Origin: Ginglymostoma cirratum
Lineage: Eukaryota
Reading direction: 5' to 3'
NCBI GenBank assembly: GCA_024137785.1
Contig: JAHRHZ010000111.1
Coordinates: 7,244,409-7,308,408, forward strand
Length of the DNA: 64,000 nt
The translations under genes and the position numbers were made by a program. Positions 54,347 through 64,000 of the stretch are shown here, one piece after another. The notes under the pieces are model-generated. The model saw nothing but the letters and a program-made list of their open reading frames with translations, was not told where the DNA came from and searched no databases. Positions within the stretch are counted from its first letter, which is position 1. Every line of letters starts with the position of its first letter.

Positions 54347-56237
54347 CTTTAATCACAAAAGAAAGTAATTATCCCATACACTAATTTCAAAACAAATTTC
54401 TTGCACTGATCATCATGGTCTCTGCACGAAACTTGTTCCCAGGCATTGCACTATGAAACCAAACTTTCCATCAACCAAATTGCAAAACAAATGTGCACAG
54501 TGAGATAGTGAAAAATAAAACCCAGTTTTCTGCTGTCATGGAGATATTACTGATGTTTGTATATTCTTGATTGACAAGGTGGTTATAGGTAATAGGGGAA
54601 AGTGAGTAAAGTGGAGTGGAGGCCACAATCCTATTAGGAATTGGAGCAGGTCTACGGGGCTGAATGGCCTCCTGCGGCACCAGTTCTCATGTCTCAAGAC
54701 TCAGTGCTCCCTACTAGGCTATTTCAGTAATATCGGTGATGGAGAGCAGCTGGGGTCTTTATCCTCTATGCACCATCAACTCTCCCAAGTATAAAAGAGA
54801 CAAAATTTTAAATAGTTTCATTTGGAGTAAATTGGCTTATTAATGGTCTTCATTGTACACTAAGTATATCATGGGATCAGTAAACAGTTGATCATCAGTT
54901 GAGAAACTTATATTCCCTCAGCCAACAGTGGAGCACTGTTAACTCGAGGAACAGTATGGTCATGGCAACACAAAGACCAAGACTTCTTTTTAAAATTGAT
55001 AATGAAAGAAGATAGACATTGGTAATAAATGTGGTAGAGGAAACAGATGGGGGGCAAGGACACAGATACAAACATTACTACATGTATCAACACATATTAA
55101 TGCTGTTAAAAAAGTGCAAAGAACACTCAGGCTAATTTTGAGGGATAGAATTGGAAAATGGAGAAGTTATGTTGCACATGAAAAGCATTAAACAATTTTC
55201 ATTAACACAGTGTCTTTAACATTTTAAACAAGTCAAAGATGTTTCATAGTATTATCAGTCAAAATCTGACACCATGTCACATATTAGAACGGGGGCGTAT
55301 GTATTAAGGAGTGTCAAAAAGGAGGAAAACAAGGTAAATAGGATCCAGGATTTTTAATCAGCTGAAGGCACAGTCAAAGAAAACAAAATCTGTGGCCAGG
55401 GAGTAAGACAGCATTCAAACTCTGAAGCATCAGTGCATGAGACCAAGTAAGAATGGCTCCTTTGTTTGGCATTTCAGGGCAATCTCCCCAGATGACAGCA
55501 CTGTGCCATTTTTGACAGGTGGTAACCAAGCTCAACACTTTCCACTTTCCAACAAGGCTGTAAAGTGCAGGAGAAAATGGCATAAGCGAAGCAGACTGAT
55601 TAGGAAAGACTACCCAATGACATGATTTACCATATGTATGTTCAACCCTCATCCATGCCATATCCTCAAAGCAGGAAAGTGGGGCTAGATTAGAAGGAAG
55701 GTCGGACTGCTTTAGTTTGGGATTATGTTCAGCATGGACTGGTTGGATCAAAGCATCTGGTTCCGTGCTGTATGACTCTATAACGTTATTAATTTTCCCT
55801 TTGCGTTCCAGGCATCCAAAAGGCATGGCTTCAAGATGAAAGCTAGATTAAAACCATGGATGAACTTGTATCTTTCCGGTGACCTAACACTTCAAGTCAT
55901 TTTGAAATGGTTGAGTTGTAAGTTTAGTACACTGGTTATGCACTCCTGTCACTGGACATGATTCCAATCTTTTCAAAGGTAATATCTGCTGGCTTAACAA
56001 ATCAACACTCCACAGAATCCAAAGTGAAAATGCAGCCAACAGTTCTGACTTGCTGACGTACGTAGGTGAAGTCTATTCAACCTGCCTCATGTAAAACCAA
56101 AGCTTCTATAATCAATCTTCTGGAATCCCTCGACATACTCCAGGTTTTGAGGGCAACAGGAATTTCAAAAGAATATCCATCACCTAAGTGACTGGTGGTC
56201 AACAGGACAGGGAGAAGAAACAAAATCAAGTGTAACA

Positions 56238-56357
56238 GAGATAGTAGGAACTGCAGATGTTGGAGAATCTGAGATAACAAGGTGCAGAGCTTGATGAACA
56301 CAGCAGGTCTGATGCTGCTTGGTCTGCTGTGTTCATCCAGCTCTACACCTTGTTATC
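56238..56357. mobile_element. Same family, foldback copy with 13-bp TSD
   Basis: TSD atcaagtgtaaca at 56225-56237 and 56355-56367. Confidence 0.75.
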
Positions 56358-57120
56358 AAGTGTAACAACCCATTTAGAAAAATAATTAATACAATTAATA
56401 GAAATCAAAACAAAAAACAAGTGAATGGGACACTCACTAGATCAAGTAGCTTCTCTGCCGTGTGTTAACTCAAACTTTTTACAATTATGCAGCTCTTTTT
56501 TCAGGTGTTTCCCTGGCTGGTCGATGCTCTAACTGAGAAAAATTACTCTTTGTATTGAGAACCCCAATTTAACTAAGAAACTATCCAACAACATGCTCTG
56601 AAAACCCTGTTCAAACTTTGATATTCCACAATATTCTAAAATACATCAATAACATTCTATAAAAACTTTAATTCGTCTCATCACCCAATGCTAATGGATC
56701 TTCTTAAACAAAAATTCCAGGGTCTGCATCCACATCTTCACAGACATTGACTAATTATTCTTTTAACCATACCCTGTATGCCAAGTTTCACTGAAATCCA
56801 ACCATGATCTCTGAGACAAATTGTTTAATCAACAAACTGACAAGAAAAAATATTATGTCGCCATTCAATCACATAAATTACAAAAATGCAACAAATAAAT
56901 CAGCCATCTCTGCAGGAAGAGAGGGGTTTTATGCATTATTGCCAAAATGCCAAGGTATAGGCTGATCAAATTGGACATGAAGTGCTGTGTCCAATTCTGG
57001 TCACTCACACACACAGTGAGATGTTCTACTCCCAGAAGGTAGTTTAGAGAAAACAAGGAGAATGATATCTAGCTCCAGTAGAAGACAGAAAGGACTGCAG
57101 ATGGAAGTCAGTGTCCATAT

Positions 57121-57275
57121 AATGTGGAGCTGGAGGTCAGCAGGTCAGACAGCATCTGAGGAGCAGGAAGGTCAAAGATTTGGGTCTGGGCCTGACGAAG
57201 GGTCCAAACCCAAAACATCAACTTTCCTGCTCCTCAGATGCTGTCTGACCTGCTGTGCTCCTCCAGCTCCACATT
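57121..57275. mobile_element. Related foldback element with hammerhead-like core
   Basis: About 65-bp inverted arms around ctgacga-agggtccaaaccc-aaaac. Confidence 0.7.
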
Positions 57276-57719
57276 TTTTCAAATCTCTAACATCACAGTC
57301 ATTTCTGCCAGCCTAAGTGTCCTAGTGCCTCAATCTATGTAAATATAATTTTACACATGTCAGAGATTCCTTTGGTTTGTTTGGATACAGCCAAACTCAA
57401 ATGTTTGTTTGTTTACTTGATACGATATTGCACAGAACTGAAATGCATTTGTGACAATGTATATATACGAAGAGATTGTTTTATGAAAAGCATACTTTTG
57501 AAATAAAAAACAGTTGCACTGCACCATTCCAGCCCACCAGCTTGTGCCACTCCCCAAAGGGTATTGTATCATACAGGGGAAGAGCTGCATTAACTCCTTT
57601 GTATGAATTTGAGAGTTCTCCTTAAGCATGTCATGAGGTTAACAGACCAGAGGGAAAAAGTTACGACTTTGTGGAACAACATATAATTTTGAAGTAGAGT
57701 ACAATATCAGAATACATAC

Positions 57720-57788
57720 GCTCACAAATATCACTTCATCTTCACTTTCACGTTTTTCTGCTGGCAACAACCCATCACTAGACGACAT
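57720..57788 (-). CDS. ZNF451: ZNF451 first resolved coding exon (exon 2; acceptor at 57804), SIM1
   Basis: Minus strand reads tttcccatgcag|gtctc...ATG TCG...GTG AGC|gtatgt and translates MSSSDGLLPAEKRESEDEVIFVS, matching the ZNF451 acidic SIM1 (human EDDIQFVS). The 16 nt before the ATG have no in-frame stop, so an upstream start in exon 1 cannot be excluded. Confidence 0.85.
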
Positions 57789-59519
57789 GATAGAAAACAG
57801 AGACCTGCATGGGAAAAGACCACAAAAAAATTTGGCTAGTTGTTGTCAAACACTGAGAAACAAATCAAAGAGCTATCTTGCAGGTTTGTCAAAAATCCTG
57901 TCTTCTATTTCTGGGCCAGCATTTCTAAAGGAAGCTTAAAAAGAGATATTGCCACTTGAAAATTGCTTCTCAGAGATGGCAAATTTGAATATGTTTGCCA
58001 AACTGTTCCTTGAAGCAACCTTTTAAAAAACTTATTCCATTAGATGTGGGGGTCACTGGCAAGACCAGTATTTGCTGTACATTCCTAAATGAGACAATGA
58101 TGTTCAGCAGTCTAGCTGAACCATTGTAGTCCATTTGTTATGACTTTTCTGGATTGGTTGGTACAATGTACAGTTGGCAAGCCACTTCAGAGGGCAGTTA
58201 AGAGTCCAGTACATTGCTGTGCATCTGGAATTACTTGTGGATCAGGCCAGTTAAATATGTCAAATTCCCTTACCTGAAAAGCATTAGTGAACCAGATGAA
58301 TGATTACAACGACTGGTCATCAATATTGAGACTAGCTTTAAATTCCACTACTAATTAACTAAATTTCTTAATCAAAATTAGTATATCTGACTAGCTGCCA
58401 TGATGGGACTTGAACCAGTGTCCTGAAAGCATTAGCCAAAGCCTTTGACTAATCCATCACCATCCCTACTCCATGTTCATGCACTATTCTCGGGTGCTGT
58501 GAAAAATCATCTCACTTACTTCCCATGTGTTCCCTACATCCTTTAGCTTTTTCTCTCTCAAACAGACCACAGGTTTGATCCTTTGCCAGAACATTCATAG
58601 GAAAACAAGATTACTCAGCCTGCTTTACCATTCAATAAGACTATGCATGGCTGACCTGCATTTTAATGCCAATGTCTATTCACCTTGATTCTGCAACTCT
58701 AATACTTTAAACGATAAAGAAAACTACCTTGGTTTAGCAATCTTTCATTGACTACCCCTCACCTCACCTCACATCAATAGTTTTCTTTGGCATGGAACTC
58801 CAAATTTCCATCACCTCTGTGTGAACTCCTTCTCAGTAATATCTCTGAATGGCCCACTAAACTCCTTTAATCATTTTAAATATATTAGAATTGATGATAA
58901 AAATTGTTATAGTATTAGCCAAATTTCCAATTTTTCTTTGAACATTTATTTATCAGTCATTTTGTTTTCTACACTTAAAGAAATACAAGCCAATGCAATC
59001 AGTCCCCAATATTTAACACCCCAAGCCCCTTTACAAGGCCCTTGGGTCTGAACGGCTGAAGGTACAACCACCAGTGATGAATGTGATGAATGTGAGGGAT
59101 GCACAAAAGGTACTAGCAAAGCTTTTGGAAGACTTGGAACAAATTACAGAAACTCAATGAGTCATTACTTACAAATAAGTTGTCTGATAAAAGTGCCTTA
59201 TAATGGTAAGACTATCACCTGCATTTTTAAAAGTCAAAATACTGAATCTTCCCGTCCCCTGCACCCGGTCTGCTTGCAATCCAGCATTCCTTCCCCAGTT
59301 CAGCTTTAAACTTGCACCAACCTCCAGCACAACACCAACTTCCTCCTTCACCAGCCCCCACAGCTTGCAAACTTGTTGGCACACTCTGGGACTCAGTGCC
59401 TTGCTTCAGCTACTCGAATGTCCACTCTTCTCAGCATTGTATTTAGACCACAGTTTACACAGTGGTTAATGAATGAATGAGAGTGACCAATAGGCAGAAT
59501 GGGAGAAAAGGAGCTCAGA

Positions 59520-60140
59520 CGTGATCACAACTAGCCTGTGCTCGCCAGCCCACTCCTCACATTGACGTTAACGCGCCAGGCCGCTCGAAGTACCAGTTCC
59601 ACACTGCGCTTGCGCCGCTGTCTTCCTCGAACAGAACGTGGTCACTTCCCCTGCGCCGCCGTCCCTTCCACACTGAACATGATGACTACGCCTCCGCTGC
59701 TGTCTCCCCTGCACACAGTCACTGAGCCTGCACCGCCGAATCTCACACACTGAACATAGTCACTGCGCCTACTCTGCCGTCTCCAATGCACACAGTCACT
59801 GAGCCTGCGCCACTGTCTCCCCCTGAACTTGGTCACTGCGCCTGCGCTACCTTGTTCAACGGAATCTGGTCACTACGCATGCGCCGCCGTATCCTGCGCC
59901 TGCGGCTCCAGCGCCGTCGTGCACTGCGAAATTATTTAACTCCTTGCTCACTGCGGTCTACCATCTAACCCTGTTGTGTTTCCCCCTTCCCCCGGTCACT
60001 GCGCCTGCGCCACTCTCTCCCGTGCTGCCGCACAGCGTCAGCCCGCACTGCTTCCCCACCCCTGCTCACTGCGCCTGCGCTGTTATCTCCACTGCAAACA
60101 GAGGGGGCGCCTGACTCACAATGTTTACGTCAGGTGTGTC
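59520..60140 (-). promoter_or_regulatory. ZNF451: CpG-rich promoter and probable exon 1 of ZNF451
   Basis: The only clearly CpG-dense patch in the window, about 1.8 kb upstream of exon 2. Contains repeated GCGCCTGCGC/CGCATGCGC (NRF1-like) motifs and an ETS-like GGAAGTG (minus strand, ~59644-59650). Candidate donors are aat|gtgagg (59560) and ctg|gtactt (59593). Confidence 0.75.
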
Positions 60141-62944
60141 CGCATCAATGCTAACCAGGGGTGGTGCTATTAGATATTTCACATATAAAAAAATTAACTC
60201 CCTTGCTATTAGAAATTTATGAAAGGACGTGGGGGGAAAAAAGATCTTGCATGTCAGTCCAGTTTAATAAATGAATTAATTTACTGAGATATTTCAATTT
60301 ACTTTCACAAGGAGAAGAGTATAGTACCAAAAGTATTTATTGTAAATGTCAGCCAAGGTTCAGTGGGTTGCAAAAACAGAAGTTGCTGGAAAAGCTGAAC
60401 AGGTCTGGCAGCATCTGTGAAGGAAAAAATCAGAGTTAACGTTTTGGGTCTGGTGACCCTTCCTCAGAATTTCCTCAGGCTTGCAGCCTGGCCTCTGAAG
60501 GAGGTACCTTCAATCCCCATTTCAGAGACTTGACTATTATATTTTGCTTGATTCTCCTGGTACAGTTGTGAGGGCATGTCATACTGTCACAAGCACTGAC
60601 AGCATGATGATGGACCTTTTTGATCTTGTGGCATCTATGCATCGACTGAAATAAGACATTGGGACAACTCACCATACTTTTAAATACTGCTGTGGGATAT
60701 TTTATGACCTCTGAAAGGGCAGACAACATTTCTGACAAGGCAGCATAGTCTTTGTGTGAAATTTTGCTTTGCTTCCTTCTTTATATGGTTAGAAATGTTT
60801 AAAGATGTTCCTAACATACTTTGGGATTTCCCAAAGAATCAAAGGGCACCATTTAAATGCATGTTCTTTCTTTTGCAAACTGCTAAACACGAGCAAAGAC
60901 TGCAGAATGTAAACATGGGCAATGGCTTTGTGCATTTTTCAGGTGATTAATTTTCCCGGCCAGAGACACATTGATACAGACTCATTTAAGACAAACACTG
61001 TACCATAGAAACACAGAGGTGCAGAGTAGATTTGTCAGAACACTCCCAGTGATGAGGAACTTCAATTTTCTGGATAGGCTAGAGAATGAGCATTGAAGGA
61101 TAAATGATAAATAGGGGATACTCAATATTAAGGGAGGTTTGAAAGAGTTGATGAGGAGAAACTGCTTCTGCTAATAGAGTCAGGGGGCAGACAGTGAAGA
61201 TTCATGATAACTGGTAAAATAACGAGAATGAGAGATGAGAATTACTTTTATGTAGTGAATCAGGATGATCTGAAATACAGGGCATGGAAGTGTTGTAGAT
61301 TCAATAAATTTCTAAAAATGAAATGGCCATGATGTGGAAAAGTAAAACAGTGCTGTGTTTGTGTGAAAGAACAGGATTTGCAGGCGCAAGTAGCCATATG
61401 AAATTATAACATAGTGACAATAACAAAGATCTGACCTCCTTTGCTGGCTCCTTTGTAGGAGTGGGAGAAAAACTCATCTCCCTTAATTTTTGTGGAGCTT
61501 GGCCCCTTTGGCTGAATATAGTTCAGGGTATCTCTAAGAATATGTGAACCATAAGGGATCCTCAGCCTGAAGCTGGGGAAACAAAAAGTAACAGCCACCA
61601 GCTGCTGGAATTCTTTCATTAACAGGCTTTGGAAAACAAAAAGAAATCTGTGTCCTCATTTTCAATACTTAGTTGCTATTTAGAGAACTCTTGTTCCCTT
61701 TGGGAAAGATGCCATTATACATTCAAAACTGAAGAAAACACTTCTTGGAAAATATGTGTTTGGATCTAAAGTGGTTTAACTGTTCACACCCTTTAAATTT
61801 GAGAAAAAGAATCAGAATGTGGCTTTCCCTTAGAATACTGTTTTAAAGAAGATGCAGAAACAAGAGACCAATGGATATATAAGCACAAATCTTTGAAGAT
61901 GGCTAGCCACGTCACGAAGGCTATTTTAAAAATTCCATAGGAGATACTTGACTTCAGAAAATAGAGGCATAGAGTACAAGAGCAAGGAAGTTAGCTAAAT
62001 CTTCAGAAAATATTGGTTAGGCCTCATCTGCAGTATTGTTTCCAATTCTGACACCTAAACTTCAGAAAGAATGTTCAGAAAGTGCAGAAGTGATTTACTA
62101 GAATGGTCACCTTCTATTCTTCTAGCATCTGACGTCAATAGCTCATCTTCTGCCATTTCCACTATGTCCAGCATTACGGCGGCAACAACCTTGCTCTCCA
62201 CTTTCGGAATTCCCGGATTTGTTCCCGAGGTGAGACCCTTGTTTAATCCTTTGCAATCTTCACGTCTCCTCCCTTTCCTGCAGCACAGGAAAAATATTTT
62301 CTAATCAACCTGTTCAGAGATGTTATTAACACATCACTGGAGCAGGCGGGGCTTAAACCCAGGTCTCCTAGCTGAGAGGTAGGGACACTATCACTGCTCC
62401 ACAAGAACCTTTATCCTACAGCACAGTTTCACTCAAGTGCAGAGCATGTAACACCCATCCTCAGAACTCCTCCGTTATGAACAGGCAAAGCCCCAAACCC
62501 TGCCTTAGAAGGGAAACGGTCATTTACTTTCACTTCTTTCAATTTAGTTACTTGCATTCATTGCAAATCTGTAGATCTCTTCTAGTCTAATTTGCACACT
62601 GAGTGATCTCTTTGCAGGACACCTCTATTTAGCTCACAGACGTAGACTTTCAATCATGAATTTCAATTCTTCACCTTTCTCTCCATCTCACCTCATTTCT
62701 TGCTTGTTTGAACAGAGACTGTAATATGCTCCTGGCAGAATCCAAAAAGAGCATTGGTGAACAGGTTGTTGGTGAGTAAATGGCAACTGATGACACTGTT
62801 GAAGACACCTTCTTTTGCTCATGATTGAGAGTGGACTGGTGACAATAATTACCTGGGTTGCATTTGTTAGCCGTTTTTGCTCACAGCTAGGTAATTTTCC
62901 CCTTTGATAGTTGGATGGCTGTAGCTGCACTAGAAGAAGTTCAC

Positions 62945-64000
62945 AGAATCATAGCCACAGAAATATTACAGTGCAGAAGGAGGCCATTCGACCCATTGTA
63001 ATCTCTGTACATGTTAATTTAGTGCTTTTCTCATGCCTTATTCCCATAACCCTGCACGTTGCTTCTATTTTTTTAAAATCAAATGCCCTCTTGAATACTT
63101 CAATTGAACCTGCCTTCATCATGCCCGCAGGCTGTGCATTCCATACCCTAACTACTCGCTGTATGAAAATGTTTTTTCTCACCTCACATTCTTCCTTTGC
63201 AAAGCACTTTGAAACTGTGCCCACTGGTTCTTGATTCATTTATGAGTGAGAAAAGTTTCTGCCTACCTATCAGTGAAAACCCTTCATGATTTTGAAAACT
63301 TCCATCAAATCTCCACTTTGCCTTCTCCTCTCCAAGGAAAACAGTCCCAACTTCTCCAACCTATCCTCATAACCAAACTGAAAACCAAAAATGGTGGAGA
63401 TCACAGCAGGTGAGGCAGCATCCATGGAGAGAAGGCATAACTGAAGTGTCTCATCCTTGGAATCATTCCGGTAAACATTTTTTCACACACAGTCTAAAGT
63501 GACTCCCAGAACTATACACTAGTTTATTCCCAGTTAAGATCTAGCCAGTGTGTATATTTAAAGTTCATCATAACCTCCCTGCTTTTGTACTCTATGCCCC
63601 TATTTATGAAGCCTAGAATACTGCATTCTTTCTTAAAAGTCCTCCACAGCTGTCCTGCCACCTTTAATGATTTATATACATATGCAGGCGGGTCTCTCTG
63701 TTCCTGCACAACTTTTAGAATAGCACCGTTTATGTTACACTGTTTCTCCATGTTCTTTGGAGCAAAGTGCATCACTTCACATTTCTCTGTTGAAGTTGGT
63801 GAGGCCTCTTCTCGAGTACTGTGAGCAATTCTGGTTGCCCTATTTTAGGAAGGATATTATTAAACTGGAGAGGGTTCCATAAAGATTTACCAGGATGTTG
63901 CCGGGAATGGATGGTTTTGAGTTTTAAGAATAGACTAGAAATACTGGGACTTCTTTCACTGCAGTGTAGGAGTTTGAGGGGTGACCTTATTGGGGTTTAT
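62945..64000. mobile_element. CR1 3' fragments: (-) ~62945-63790 and (+) ~63800-64000
   Basis: ILGFINRGIEYKSREVMM and IQRVVRVWN on the minus strand; QFWLPYFRKDIIKLERV on the plus strand. Confidence 0.75.

Noticed and set aside
59680-60085. Spaced repeats resembling a CRISPR array
   Set aside because: Vertebrate CpG promoter; repeats are short and degenerate, spacers are related to each other, and there are no cas genes.
60140-64000. Divergent gene upstream of the ZNF451 promoter
   Set aside because: No recognisable coding exon; the region is mostly SINE and CR1 fragments.

Overview
Vertebrate genomic DNA, most likely from a cartilaginous fish (shark), judging by HE1/V-SINE-like, Deu-domain SINE-like and CR1 repeats. 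Most of the window is one minus-strand gene, ZNF451 (ZATT, SUMO2/3 E3/E4 ligase). I resolved 11 coding exons from the likely ATG at 57788 down to 609; their phases join into 1005 codons, and the final exons lie beyond position 1. The promoter is a CpG-rich patch at about 59520-60140 built on a spaced array of NRF1-like GCGCCTGCGC motifs. Introns hold decayed and nested CR1/L2 LINE pieces, several SINE families, a solo LTR, a Gypsy LTR-PBS-gag relic and an interstitial telomere-like tract. The most unusual signals are a family of short foldback elements with target-site duplications and hammerhead-ribozyme-like cores (Penelope-like), a probable GC-AG intron after the large zinc-finger exon, and a recent templated inverted insertion. 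Homology calls are from memory of the families; no searches were run.
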